Shown here: in pieces, positions 12,474 through 22,345 of the stretch
Numbering within the stretch: the stretch's first letter is position 1
How the letters are laid out: each line of letters starts with the position of its first letter
Source of the DNA: Fidelibacterota bacterium
Lineage (GTDB): Bacteria > Fidelibacterota > Marinisomatia > SCGC-AAA003-L08 > JACNLC01
Direction of reading: 5' to 3'
Length of the DNA: 64,000 nt
NCBI GenBank assembly: GCA_014381725.1
Contig: JACNLC010000044.1
Location: forward strand, 3,033 to 67,032
Made by a program: the position numbers and the translations under genes
The notes under the pieces: generated by a model
Seen by the model: only the letters and a program-made list of their open reading frames with translations
Database searches by the model: none
Told to the model about the DNA's origin: nothing

Positions 12474-13645
12474 GCAAGGATTCAAAAAAGAAATTTGGAT
12501 TCTCAACTAGAGCAATTCACATTGGTCAAGAACCTGAATCAGTAACTGGTGCTGTATCTTTACCATTGCACCAAACATCTACATTCAGACAAAAAGAATT
12601 TGCGGAATATGATTTTGATTATTCTCGAGCTGACAATCCAAATAGACGAAGTTTAGAGCAAAATATTGCTTCTTTGGAAAACGGGAAATATGGTATTGCG
12701 TTTGGTTCTGGTACGGCTGCATCATCGGCAATATTCAGTTTGTTTGAACAAGGAAGTCACATTATTTTATCGGAAAATGTATATGGTGGAACATTTAGGT
12801 TAGTAGATAAGATATTTTCCAGATATAATTTTACCGCAAGTTGGGTTGATTCTTCAAATGTAGATAAAATTGAACAAGCTATTCAACCGAACACAAAACT
12901 AATATTTATCGAAACTCCATCTAATCCGTTGATGAGATTGTCAGATATTCAGCTGATATCCAAAATTGCTAACAAATACAAAATTCTTTTTGTTGTGGAT
13001 AATACATTTATGTCACCTTATTACCAAAGGCCGTTAACACTTGGTGCAGATATTGTTGTTCATAGCACAACGAAATATATCAACGGACATAGTGATTTAG
13101 TTGGTGGAATTGTTGTAACGAACATAAATGAAATTGACGAACAACTTCGATTTATACAGATGTCCGCAGGCGCAGTTCCTGGACCTTTCGATTGCTGGTT
13201 AACTCAGAGGTCTTTAAAGACTCTGGCTGTTCGGATGAAAGCACATAATCAAAATGCTTTGAAAATTGCTAAAGAAATAGAAAAAAGTGCTAAAATATTA
13301 AATATATTCTATCCTGGTTTGAAAAGTCATCCACAATACGAATTGGCTCTCAAACAACAATTTGATCCTTTTGGCAACCCAGGATTTGGAGGAATGATTT
13401 CAATAGAGCTTCCATCGCTAGAAGATGCAAAGAAATTTGTTAAAGGATTAAAATTATTTACCTTAGCTGAAAGTCTTGGAGGTGTTGAAAGTTTGGTTTG
13501 CCATCCATCTACAATGACACACGCGTCAATCCCAGAATCCCAGCGAAAAGAAATAGGAATATCTGATGGGTTAATTAGATTATCAGTAGGTATTGAAGAT
13601 ATAGAAGATTTGTTGAACGATATACAATTTGCTTTGGATAGATAG
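12470..13645 (+). CDS. Cys/Met-metabolism PLP enzyme (cystathionine gamma-synthase / beta- or gamma-lyase family)
   Basis: Family motifs [19 protein letters not shown] and [14 protein letters not shown] (PLP Lys). I place the start at the ATG at 12470, which overlaps the secA stop (ATGA), rather than the upstream 12419 start that would run through the secA zinc-finger codons. Confidence 0.85.
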
Positions 13646-13683
13646 AACTTTATTGAAAACTTAGTAAAAGAAACTTTGATGTA

Positions 13684-14799
13684 ATGATAAAAATAGCAAC
13701 AATACTATCAATAGTAATAATGATTTCTTCCTGCGACCCAAGAGGATATTTTAAAGATAAATATTTTAATGACAATTATAAACCGACAGAAAGAGAAATA
13801 ATAGGAAAAAAATATCCTGAAACATATCAAGTTAAAGACTTTCGACACATATCATATAGTAATGCGTACTGTAGTTCAGCAAGTCTCGAAATGTATAACG
13901 AAACTATTAATATAGAAAACAAATCAATTCATTATTATAATTGGCTTATGGGTTTTTCTTATGGTGCTTTTTTTAGAGGAAGTATATATTCATTTATTCC
14001 ATATACAGACCCAGAACCAGGAATGGATTTTGCCTCACCTTTTCTTGGGTTGAATAGAAACTATTATATCTGTAACGATAGTATTGATTATGTAAAACAT
14101 TTGAAAGAATTGATTTCAAATAACCATTCTGTAAGAGTAGCTGTAAACGCTGCAATAATTAGAATAAATGATAAAAAACAATTTTGGCCGCACAGCATAA
14201 TTCTAACAGGATATGATGAAAGCAATTTTGTTTTCTACGAGACAGGTCATATTGATAAGGATACAATAAATTCAGAAGGAGAATTGATTGATAATAATAT
14301 TCTTGTTGAAGCTGTATATGATATGGATAAGCGTTTTGGTTGTCCTTGGAAATATAATTTTACAACCTTTGAAAAAACTGACAAAATTAATGATGAAAAG
14401 GAAGTTTGGGAAAGAAACGGGAAATTATTAATTGGTAGAAAAATTCCAATGACACCAATTTGGGAAGGGTCTGCTGCTATTAATGCTTTGTCTGTAAGAA
14501 TAAAAGAGAACGGTATATCGGACAGTGAAAAAAAAGCATTAAAAAATTGGATAGAAACAGCTGAATATACACGAAAAGATAATTCTACATTTATACTTCA
14601 AAATTTTAACCCAAAAAGTCTTATAGAAAGTTCAGAATATCTTGAAAAATCAAGTATAAATTATAAAAAGATTAATAAAATATTAAATCAAGCGAAAATA
14701 CATGACAATGGAATTAATGACATTGTCAATCTTTTAAAGGCATCATCTGGATTTGAGAAGAAAGCTGGTGAATTAATGATTGAATATTCAGGAAAATAG
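13684..14799 (+). CDS. Hypothetical lipoprotein, possibly papain/C39-like cysteine peptidase fold (BtrH_N/DUF4872-like)
   Basis: 371 aa. Lipobox MIKIATILSIVIMISSC. Candidate catalytic Cys (NAYCSSASLEMY) and His (HSIILTGYDESNFVFYE) lie in the order and spacing seen in C39/BtrH-like peptidases. The family call is by eye only. Confidence 0.4.
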   Translation: MIKIATILSIVIMISSCDPRGYFKDKYFNDNYKPTEREIIGKKYPETYQVKDFRHISYSNAYCSSASLEMYNETINIENKSIHYYNWLMGFSYGAFFRGSIYSFIPYTDPEPGMDFASPFLGLNRNYYICNDSIDYVKHLKELISNNHSVRVAVNAAIIRINDKKQFWPHSIILTGYDESNFVFYETGHIDKDTINSEGELIDNNILVEAVYDMDKRFGCPWKYNFTTFEKTDKINDEKEVWERNGKLLIGRKIPMTPIWEGSAAINALSVRIKENGISDSEKKALKNWIETAEYTRKDNSTFILQNFNPKSLIESSEYLEKSSINYKKINKILNQAKIHDNGINDIVNLLKASSGFEKKAGELMIEYSGK

Positions 14800-14973
14800 C
14801 ATACCGTCAACAGATCAAAATAAGTCAACATAAGTCAAGGAAACCGTTTTACCTGCCCCAGCTCACTACTTCATAGGAGCAAGAGGACCCGTTTTGTTAA
14901 GACGACATGAAAAGTAATTATAAACCTGTTATAGTGCGATGATGTAAGGGTCATACTAGAATCTGGCTAATAT

Positions 14974-15008
14974 AAACAAAAAACGGACATGGTTTTCCAT
15001 GTCCGTTT
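14974..15008 (-). terminator. Rho-independent terminator of tRNA-Asn
   Basis: On the minus strand: AAACGGACATGG-AAAA-CCATGTCCGTTT followed by TTTGTTT, starting 7 nt after the tRNA 3' end. Confidence 0.8.
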
Positions 15009-15014
15009 GCCATC

Positions 15015-15091
15015 TGGCTCCGGTGGTAGGACTCGAACCTACGACACGTGGATTAACAGTCCACTGCTCTAACCGACTGAGCTACACCGGA
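15015..15091 (-). tRNA. tRNA-Asn (anticodon GTT), CCA encoded
   Basis: The reverse complement folds as a cloverleaf: acceptor TCCGGTG/CACCGGA, D arm GCTC-AGTCGGTTA-GAGC, anticodon arm GTGGA-CTGTTAA-TCCAC, T arm GTAGG-TTCGAGT-CCTAC, discriminator G, then CCA. Confidence 0.93.
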
Positions 15092-15246
15092 TTAATGCTT
15101 CAAATAAAGCCAGTAAATTTAGGATATATTTGCCATTTAAAAACAACTACTATTTTAAGTAATTTTTATATTTTTCTACAATTCGTAACTGTATAACTTT
15201 AAGATTCGATAATGATTCAATTATACTGTATTGAAAGGAAGTATAG

Positions 15247-15630
15247 ATGTCTAATAATATGATAATTTTATATGTGAAGGATCAACAAAATAGTAAATTA
15301 TTTTATGAACGATTATTAAACCAAACACCATTATTGGATGTGCCTGGAATGACCGAATTCAAGATAAATGGTGAATTTTATTTAGGATTGATGCCAGAAG
15401 AAGGAATCAGTAAAATATTAGGAGAATCTGTTCCTCATCCTAAATTAGGAAACGGAATTCCACGATGCGAACTATATTTGTATTTTGATAATATTGAGAA
15501 ACGATATTCAAGATTATCAGAATTTGGAGGTAAGCAAATTTGTCCTTCAGAAAAACGACCTTGGGGAGATACTGTGGCGTATGGCACAGACCCTGATGGG
15601 CATATTATTGCATTAGCTAAAACGGAATAG
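15247..15630 (+). CDS. VOC (glyoxalase/bleomycin-resistance/dioxygenase) family protein
   Basis: 127 aa. Beta-alpha-beta-beta-beta pattern (ILYVKD...SKLFYERLL...; ELYLYFDNIE...RPWGDTVAYGTDPDGHIIAL), typical of small VOC proteins. Confidence 0.65.
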   Translation: MSNNMIILYVKDQQNSKLFYERLLNQTPLLDVPGMTEFKINGEFYLGLMPEEGISKILGESVPHPKLGNGIPRCELYLYFDNIEKRYSRLSEFGGKQICPSEKRPWGDTVAYGTDPDGHIIALAKTE

Positions 15631-15633
15631 AAT

Positions 15634-17724
15634 ATGAAATTATACTTCTCAATGATTTTGTTGCTTATATTCGGATGCATTGACGACAATAATACTTTAC
15701 CAACTATTGACAAATACCATATTGAAGCTAATAAATTCGATAAAGTTCTTACAATTCCTGAATTAAATATTTCACCTGAAAAGCTAACCGTAGAAACTAA
15801 TAAAATTATCCATTGCGCTGATAGTGCTCTTAATAAATTGACTTTGCTTAAAGATGAAGAAATCAATTTTAATTCTATAATTGTTGAACTTGAAAATATC
15901 TACTATCCAACAATATTATTATCCAATAAATTGGAATTGATTGTGAATACTAATCCAAATAAAAGTCTCAGAATTATATCGGAAATTCTTGCTGAAAAAT
16001 TAAATGAGTGGAGTATAAAATCAGGATATAGGGAAGATATATATACCGTCATAAAAAAGCTTGAGAAAAAGAATCCAAAATTAATAGGAGAAGATAAAAA
16101 ATTATTTATTGACTATCTCATCAGTTACCAACGGAGTGGTTTTGAGTTATCAAATGAAATTCGTAATAAAGTAATTTTGCTTAGTTTAGAATTATCCCAA
16201 CTTACTACTCAATTTTATAGAAACATCAGAGAATATGATAGTAAAATATATCTTTCTAAATCAGATTTAGTAGATTTAGATGTTGGTGTTTTAGATAAAT
16301 TTCCATTAGATAAAAATGGGAATTATGTTATAAATCCCACATTGTACTTTCAAACTAGTTTGATTATGGAGAATTCTTCAAATGAAGAAGTAAGAGAAAA
16401 AGTTAGCTTAGCTTCGAACTCAGTAGCGAAAAATTCAAACATTGCTTTATTAAATTCTATCATTATTAAGCGTTCTAAAATTGCTAAGTTGTTGAGTTAT
16501 TCGTCTTGGGCAGAATACTCAATAGAATCCAAAATGGCAAAAACTCCTGATAAAGTAAAATCTTTTCTTATGGATTTATCATCAAAACTAGATTTGAAAT
16601 TCACAAACGAAATAGAGATATTAAGAGAAATGAAAGTTGCTGAAACATCAGATGAAAATGCTAAAATCAATTCTTGGGATGTGAACTATTACGAGAATAA
16701 ACTAATTAATCAACAATTCAATATAAATCAAGAAGAATTGAGAAAGTACTTTTCTTATGACAGGGTACTAATGGGAATGTTTGAAGTCTTTGAAGATATC
16801 TTTGGACTTTCAATTACAGAAATTCAACCACCTTTTAAATGGGATGAAAGCGTAGAATTATTTTTGGTTTGTGATGCTGAAAGTCAAAATCCATTGGGTT
16901 TGTTTTATACTGATATGTTTCCACGAGATGGTAAATATAAACATTTTGCACAATTTGATTTAATTTCAGGTAGAAGATTACCAAATGGACAGTTTCAATG
17001 TCCTGTTGCCGCATTGGTCTGCAATTTCCCTCCAAAAGTTCAAAATTCTCCATCTCTGTTATATTTTGAAGATGTTGAAACCCTATTCCATGAATTTGGC
17101 CATGTAATGCATTTCATTCTTACACGGGCAAAATATCCATCAAATTCTGGTACAAATGTCCCTGGCGATTTTGTCGAAGCACCATCTCAGCTATTGGAAA
17201 ATTGGGTTTTTGACAAAGAAATCCTCGATAGATTTGCACAACACTATTTGGATGATACTAAGACGATTCCTCAGGATATTCTCGATAACTTAGTACGAAT
17301 GAAAAGTGCAACTATAGGGACAGACTATAGGAGCCAAATTTCTTATGCACTTTTAGATATTGCGTTGCATTCTGAAATTTCTGAAGAAAATCATAGCAAT
17401 ATCAATGAACTGGCTAACAACATAATTTCAAAGTACTATTTGGCATTACCCGAGGGAAGTGCATTTATTGCCAGTTTTGACCATCTGATTGACTATGATG
17501 CTGGTTATTATGGATATATTTGGTCAGAGGTGATATCGGACGATATGGCATCAATTTTTCAAAATTCACCTAAAGGATATTTAGATAAAGAAGTTGGTAA
17601 AAAACTCCGAACAGAAATTTATGAAGTTGGGGATTCTAGGGATATTAACAAATCAATAGAAGAATTTTTGGGAAGAAAATGGGATTCAAAATCTTTTATT
17701 GAAGGATTTATATTATCCGATTAA
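15634..17724 (+). CDS. M3-family zinc metallopeptidase (thimet/oligopeptidase-like), probable lipoprotein
   Basis: 696 aa. HEFGHVMH zinc motif with downstream EAPSQLLENW. N-terminal signal with Cys (LLLIFGC). Confidence 0.85.
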   Translation: MKLYFSMILLLIFGCIDDNNTLPTIDKYHIEANKFDKVLTIPELNISPEKLTVETNKIIHCADSALNKLTLLKDEEINFNSIIVELENIYYPTILLSNKLELIVNTNPNKSLRIISEILAEKLNEWSIKSGYREDIYTVIKKLEKKNPKLIGEDKKLFIDYLISYQRSGFELSNEIRNKVILLSLELSQLTTQFYRNIREYDSKIYLSKSDLVDLDVGVLDKFPLDKNGNYVINPTLYFQTSLIMENSSNEEVREKVSLASNSVAKNSNIALLNSIIIKRSKIAKLLSYSSWAEYSIESKMAKTPDKVKSFLMDLSSKLDLKFTNEIEILREMKVAETSDENAKINSWDVNYYENKLINQQFNINQEELRKYFSYDRVLMGMFEVFEDIFGLSITEIQPPFKWDESVELFLVCDAESQNPLGLFYTDMFPRDGKYKHFAQFDLISGRRLPNGQFQCPVAALVCNFPPKVQNSPSLLYFEDVETLFHEFGHVMHFILTRAKYPSNSGTNVPGDFVEAPSQLLENWVFDKEILDRFAQHYLDDTKTIPQDILDNLVRMKSATIGTDYRSQISYALLDIALHSEISEENHSNINELANNIISKYYLALPEGSAFIASFDHLIDYDAGYYGYIWSEVISDDMASIFQNSPKGYLDKEVGKKLRTEIYEVGDSRDINKSIEEFLGRKWDSKSFIEGFILSD

Positions 17725-18242
17725 GAAATAACTCTAACAACAATCGTTTTTTGGAATTTTTCTACATCCTTTTTACTTTTCAAAATAATGGATGTTGTTT
17801 TTTCTTTGTTTTTTAAGATTTCGTCTATAATTATTGGTTTGATATTGTTAGGATAATTCCATATCCATTTCAGAAAACCAAAATCAATTTTTTCATTGCA
17901 ATGATCACCCATATCTGGGCGAGTTTGATTACGATATTTGAAATATCTTTTGATTACACGCCACAAACAAATAACTCTGGGTAAATCAATAAAGACTACT
18001 GTATCTGCAAAGCTGAATCTTTCTTCTAGCGAATCCGCCCAATTACCGTCCATCACCCAGTTATCTTTTTCTAATAATTGGGATAACTTTACTTTCCATT
18101 CATCCTTTGGAGTTTCCATCCATCCTGGGTTCCAAAAATATGAATCAAGATGAATTACTTCAACATTAAGCATTTCGCCTAACCACTTCGCTAAAGTAGA
18201 TTTTCCAGAACCAGCAGATCCTAAAATCAAAATTCGTTTCAT
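17721..18242 (-). CDS. P-loop NTPase (adenylate-kinase-like / topology modulation protein family)
   Basis: 173 aa. Walker A ILILGSAGSGKSTLAKWL. Size and layout resemble FlaR/AAA_17-type small kinases. Its stop overlaps the stop of the convergent M3 peptidase gene. Confidence 0.6.
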   Translation of the reverse strand: MKRILILGSAGSGKSTLAKWLGEMLNVEVIHLDSYFWNPGWMETPKDEWKVKLSQLLEKDNWVMDGNWADSLEERFSFADTVVFIDLPRVICLWRVIKRYFKYRNQTRPDMGDHCNEKIDFGFLKWIWNYPNNIKPIIIDEILKNKEKTTSIILKSKKDVEKFQKTIVVRVIS

Positions 18243-18243
18243 A

Positions 18244-18855
18244 TTATTTTTTCAGCCAATTGTTTAGCATATTGTTTAGATACTCTTCTTCTAAATTAGG
18301 ATTTGGATAATTACCAATTAACAATCGTTGTCTTACAATTTCATAAATGATAACAGCAGTTGCAACAGAAACATTCAGACTTTCAACCATTCCGAACATT
18401 GGTATAAATATATTTTGGTCAGATATATCCAATGCTTCTTTAGAAACTCCACGATGCTCATTTCCCATAATAATTGCAGATGGTTGTGTCCAGTCAACAT
18501 CGTAAATTGATATAGCATCTGAATTCAAATGAGTAGCATAAATTGTGCAATTTTTGGCTTTGAGTTGTTGTTTTAGATTATCATAATTTGAAACTTTGTT
18601 AGTTTTGACCCACTTTCTGGCAGACGCAGAAGATTTTGCACCCATTTCTGGGAATTCTTCATCAGTATAAAGCAAATGAACTTCAGGTATACCTGCTGAA
18701 TCACAAGTTCTAAGCATAGCGCTTACATTATGCGGATCGTGTATATTTTCACATACTATTGCAACATCTTTTTGTCTATGTTGAAGTACAGATGTAATTT
18801 TGTTAATTCTTTGTTCAGTTCTCATAGTTATTATAGTAATTCGTTGAATTACCAC
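18244..18855 (-). CDS. trmH: SpoU/TrmH-family RNA 2'-O-methyltransferase
   Basis: SPOUT motifs DPHNVSAMLRTCDSAG, IIMGNEHRGVS and IPMFGMVESLNVSVA. The start may instead be the ATG at 18825 (MRTEQRI...) rather than the GTG at 18855. Confidence 0.8.
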   Translation of the reverse strand: MVIQRITIITMRTEQRINKITSVLQHRQKDVAIVCENIHDPHNVSAMLRTCDSAGIPEVHLLYTDEEFPEMGAKSSASARKWVKTNKVSNYDNLKQQLKAKNCTIYATHLNSDAISIYDVDWTQPSAIIMGNEHRGVSKEALDISDQNIFIPMFGMVESLNVSVATAVIIYEIVRQRLLIGNYPNPNLEEEYLNNMLNNWLKK

Positions 18856-18965
18856 TCATCTTGCCATCAAATTTAACTAATTTGTAAATATTTTGATTGC
18901 ACTTTTTTTTCAAAAAACCACGGTTTAGCTTGGGAGTATATCTATCATCCTCATAAATTTACTTA

Positions 18966-20384
18966 GTGAAATTACTTTCGAGATACATATTAAGAGAGCA
19001 TACTCTACCATTTTCTTTTGCTTTGGTCGTATTGACTTTTGTTCTTCTAACCAATTTTTTATTAAGGACAATCGATAGATTTTTAGGAAAAGGACTATCA
19101 ATCTCAATTTTGTTAGAATACATGTTTTTGAATCTAGCTTGGATTTTAGCGTTAGCTGTTCCTATGGCTGTTTTAATTGCAACACTAATGGCTTTTGGAA
19201 GAATGTCATCGGACAACGAAATCACTGCAATTAGATCATCTGGAATGCAGTATAGTTCGATTTTATTACCATCACTTATGTTTGGGATATTGATTTGTAT
19301 CGGTATGACATTATTCAATAATTTGATTTTACCTGAACTCAATCATAAAGCTAGATTGCTTTCATCTGATATTAGCCGGAAAAGACCAGACTTAGAATTT
19401 GATGTTGGTTATTTTATTGAATCTTTACCAGATCAAAGTATTTTAATTGGTAGCCGTGAAGAAAACATTTTCAAGGATATCACAATTTTCAGTAAAGGGA
19501 AAAATGTTTCTCAACGGACTATTACCGCAAATTCTGGAACAATAGAAACAATTTACGGTGGAGTAGTTTTGCACCTGTCCGATGGTGTTATTCACGAATT
19601 GGGCAACAAAACGGAAGAATACAAGCAAATATATTTTACAGAATATCAAGTTATAATTCCGATTGACAACTTAACATTAACACGAAGAGATAGTAAAATC
19701 CGAGGTGATAGAGAAATGACTTTTACTATGATAAACAGTAAAATATCTGGATATCATAACAAAATAAATGATACTAAAAATCGAATAATTTCACGCGTTA
19801 AAAAAGAAGATTTAATTACTGAAGAAATGTATCTTGATTCCACTCTAAATTTTGCTAATAAATTAGTACAGGACAGCATTGTTTCTAATCTTAGTTTAAT
19901 GAAAAGTTCTCTTATAAATGTTGAAGAACAACAAGATAATAAAAAGAAAATTGCATACATAAAACGCAGATTTAAAAATCTAATTCGTGGAATTACTAGC
20001 GATTTCAAATTAATAGGAACTTATGAAAAATCCATAAATAAATATTCAGTAGAATTGCACAAAAAGTTTTCGATTCCATTTGCTAGTATAATTTTTATTT
20101 TGATTGGCGCACCATTGGGGATTATGGCACGGAAAGGTGGATTTGCAATCAGCATGGCTCTTAGTTTGGGATTTTTTATCATCTACTGGGGATTTTTAAT
20201 TTCCGGTGAAGAACTAGCAGATAGGGGATTATTATCTCCGATTATTTCAATGTGGATGCCAAATATCATATTGGGGTTAGTCGGAGTTTACTTATGCTAT
20301 TTTACTTCAAGAGAACAACATTTCTTAAAATTTGAATTTCTAAAACTGTTCAAATTTCGCAAAAACGGAAAGAAAAATGATTAA
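18966..20384 (+). CDS. LptF/LptG-family LPS export permease
   Basis: 472 aa. N-terminus LLSRYILREHTLPFSFALVVLTFVLL is the YjgP/YjgQ signature. It has three N-terminal and three C-terminal TM helices around a large periplasmic domain. GTG start. Confidence 0.8.
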   Translation: MKLLSRYILREHTLPFSFALVVLTFVLLTNFLLRTIDRFLGKGLSISILLEYMFLNLAWILALAVPMAVLIATLMAFGRMSSDNEITAIRSSGMQYSSILLPSLMFGILICIGMTLFNNLILPELNHKARLLSSDISRKRPDLEFDVGYFIESLPDQSILIGSREENIFKDITIFSKGKNVSQRTITANSGTIETIYGGVVLHLSDGVIHELGNKTEEYKQIYFTEYQVIIPIDNLTLTRRDSKIRGDREMTFTMINSKISGYHNKINDTKNRIISRVKKEDLITEEMYLDSTLNFANKLVQDSIVSNLSLMKSSLINVEEQQDNKKKIAYIKRRFKNLIRGITSDFKLIGTYEKSINKYSVELHKKFSIPFASIIFILIGAPLGIMARKGGFAISMALSLGFFIIYWGFLISGEELADRGLLSPIISMWMPNIILGLVGVYLCYFTSREQHFLKFEFLKLFKFRKNGKKND

Positions 20385-20886
20385 ACAATTTCAAGACAAA
20401 TCTCCAATTATTCCTAAGTCTTGTTATATTTCAGAAAGCGTAGATATAATTGGAAATGTAACACTTGGCGAAGAAGTAAATGTATGGTTTGGAACAGTAA
20501 TCCGTGGAGATATGAATTTTATCAGAATTGGTGAGCGAACTAATATCCAAGATAATTGCACAGTTCATGTAACAACAGATACTGCACCAACAGTTATAGG
20601 TAATAATGTAACTATTGGTCATAATGCAATCATTCACGGTTGCAAAATCGAGGATGGTTGTCTAATCGGAATGGGTTCAATAATTATGGATAATGCACAA
20701 ATTGGAGAAGGTTCAATTATAGGTGCCGGATCAGTTATTACTGAAAATTCACTGATTCCACCGAGATCACTTTGTTTAGGAATCCCAGGGAAAATTATAC
20801 GCCAAGTAACAGATAAAGAATATGCAGGAATCCTTGAAAGAGCAGAACATTATGTTCAATTTTCAAAAAAATATTTATATAAATAA
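20377..20886 (+). CDS. Gamma-class carbonic anhydrase-like / hexapeptide-repeat protein (YrdA/PaaY-like)
   Basis: 169 aa. Left-handed beta-helix repeats (VWFGTVIRGD, IGERTNIQDNCTVH, TIGHNAIIHGCKIEDG). Overlaps the lptF/G stop by 8 nt. Confidence 0.8.
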   Translation: MIKQFQDKSPIIPKSCYISESVDIIGNVTLGEEVNVWFGTVIRGDMNFIRIGERTNIQDNCTVHVTTDTAPTVIGNNVTIGHNAIIHGCKIEDGCLIGMGSIIMDNAQIGEGSIIGAGSVITENSLIPPRSLCLGIPGKIIRQVTDKEYAGILERAEHYVQFSKKYLYK

Positions 20887-20897
20887 GTGAGTGTAAA

Positions 20898-22181
20898 ATG
20901 ATCACAATTGATGAGTTAATCCAAAATAAACAGAATAAATTACCTCACACTTCATCTGAATTAGAATTTATAGTAAATGGATTTGTTGCAGGAGAAATTC
21001 CTGATTATCAAATGTCATCCTGGTTGGCAACAGTTTTTTTAAACGATATGTCGTTTAAAGAAATCTCGGATTATACTTCGGTTATGATTTCATCTGGAAA
21101 GAAAATGGATTGGCCAGATTTGCCGGGGTTCGTAGTTGACAAGCACAGCACTGGAGGTGTAGGCGACAAAGTTTCTTTGATTTTAGGTCCAATTTTGGCT
21201 TCTTGCGGATTATTCGTGCCAATGATATCCGGAAGAGCTTTGGGACATACCGGTGGAACTTTGGATAAATTGGAAACAATTCCGGGTTATAAAACTGACT
21301 TATCGTTAGACAAATTTCGAGAAATTATTAAAAATATTGGTGTTTCATTAATTGGACAGACAGATGATATTTGTCCCGCTGACAGAAAAATATATGCATT
21401 GCGAGATGTTACTTCTACAGTTGCCTCATTGCCACTAATTTGTGGAAGCATTATGAGTAAAAAAATTGCAGAAGGGATTCAAGGACTTGTCTTAGATGTC
21501 AAAACTGGTAACGGAGCATTTATGAAAACTTACGATAATGCTAAAAAACTTGCTGATTTACTAACAAGAATTGGACAAGATCATGGACTCAAAGTTTCAT
21601 CCTTAATTACTGATATGAATCAACCACTTGGCAATGCATGTGGGTTATGGTGCGAAGTAAAAGAATCTATTGATGCTCTTCAAGGAAACGGTCCTGACGA
21701 TTTAATGGAAGTAGTCTATCATTTGTGTGAAAAAGCGTTATCTTTGTTCGAGCCAACTAATAATAATAGACAAAAGGTAGAAGAAGTAATTGCAAATGGA
21801 AGTGCAATGGAAAAATTCTTGGAGTTAGTGTGTGCTCATGGTGGAGATGTAACTCAAATGCTATCTGGTAATTTGAATAAACCAAAGAGCAAGGAATCAA
21901 TTGTAGCACAAAAAGATGGTTATATTTCTGAAATGGATACTTACAAATTAGGGTTGTCAATAATCGCACTTGGTGGTGGTCGCCAAAAGCAGGATGATAT
22001 TTTAGACAATTCAGCTGGTTTTATTCTGAACAAAAAGGTAGGTGAATCAGTTGCAATAGGTGAACCAATCGTCGATGTATTTTGCTCTGATTCTAATAAA
22101 TTAGATCAGGGGTTAATCACGATTAAACGAGCAATCAAAATTTCGGATACTAAACCAAAACAGCTACAATTGATATACTGA
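20898..22181 (+). CDS. Thymidine / pyrimidine-nucleoside phosphorylase
   Basis: 427 aa. Motifs VDKHSTGGVGDK, SGRALGHTGGTLDKLE and the C-terminal PYNP domain. Confidence 0.9.
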   Translation: MITIDELIQNKQNKLPHTSSELEFIVNGFVAGEIPDYQMSSWLATVFLNDMSFKEISDYTSVMISSGKKMDWPDLPGFVVDKHSTGGVGDKVSLILGPILASCGLFVPMISGRALGHTGGTLDKLETIPGYKTDLSLDKFREIIKNIGVSLIGQTDDICPADRKIYALRDVTSTVASLPLICGSIMSKKIAEGIQGLVLDVKTGNGAFMKTYDNAKKLADLLTRIGQDHGLKVSSLITDMNQPLGNACGLWCEVKESIDALQGNGPDDLMEVVYHLCEKALSLFEPTNNNRQKVEEVIANGSAMEKFLELVCAHGGDVTQMLSGNLNKPKSKESIVAQKDGYISEMDTYKLGLSIIALGGGRQKQDDILDNSAGFILNKKVGESVAIGEPIVDVFCSDSNKLDQGLITIKRAIKISDTKPKQLQLIY

Positions 22182-22345
22182 AAATAAAGAGTTAGGAATT
22201 AATTCAAAAGTTAAAATAAAAAAAATGAGACTGTAGTCGACAATTCTCAAATTGTTTTCCTTCCGAATTTTGCTGATTCTATGTGAACTTTGTGTTGAAA
22301 AGGAAGCTTATCTTAGTACTTGGCACCGATCTCTGATTATTAATT

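Noticed and set aside
13684-15091. Genomic island integrated at tRNA-Asn
   Set aside because: I saw no integrase, recombinase or mobility gene, and no direct repeat of the tRNA 3' end by eye. A single AT-rich cargo gene is not sufficient evidence.
14999-15196. 65-aa plus-strand ORF
   Set aside because: It overlaps the complement of tRNA-Asn and its promoter region, and the tRNA cloverleaf explains the sequence.
17721-17724. Overlap of the stop codons of the convergent M3 peptidase and P-loop kinase genes, with no terminator between them.
   Set aside because: This is a trivial consequence of compact gene packing (TTAA shared). There is no additional structure to interpret.
22182-22345. Convergent intergenic region between the nucleoside phosphorylase and PBP1A genes, inspected for a bidirectional terminator or an sRNA.
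   Set aside because: Only weak 4-bp complementarities around a GTCGAC palindrome were found. Nothing can be supported by eye.
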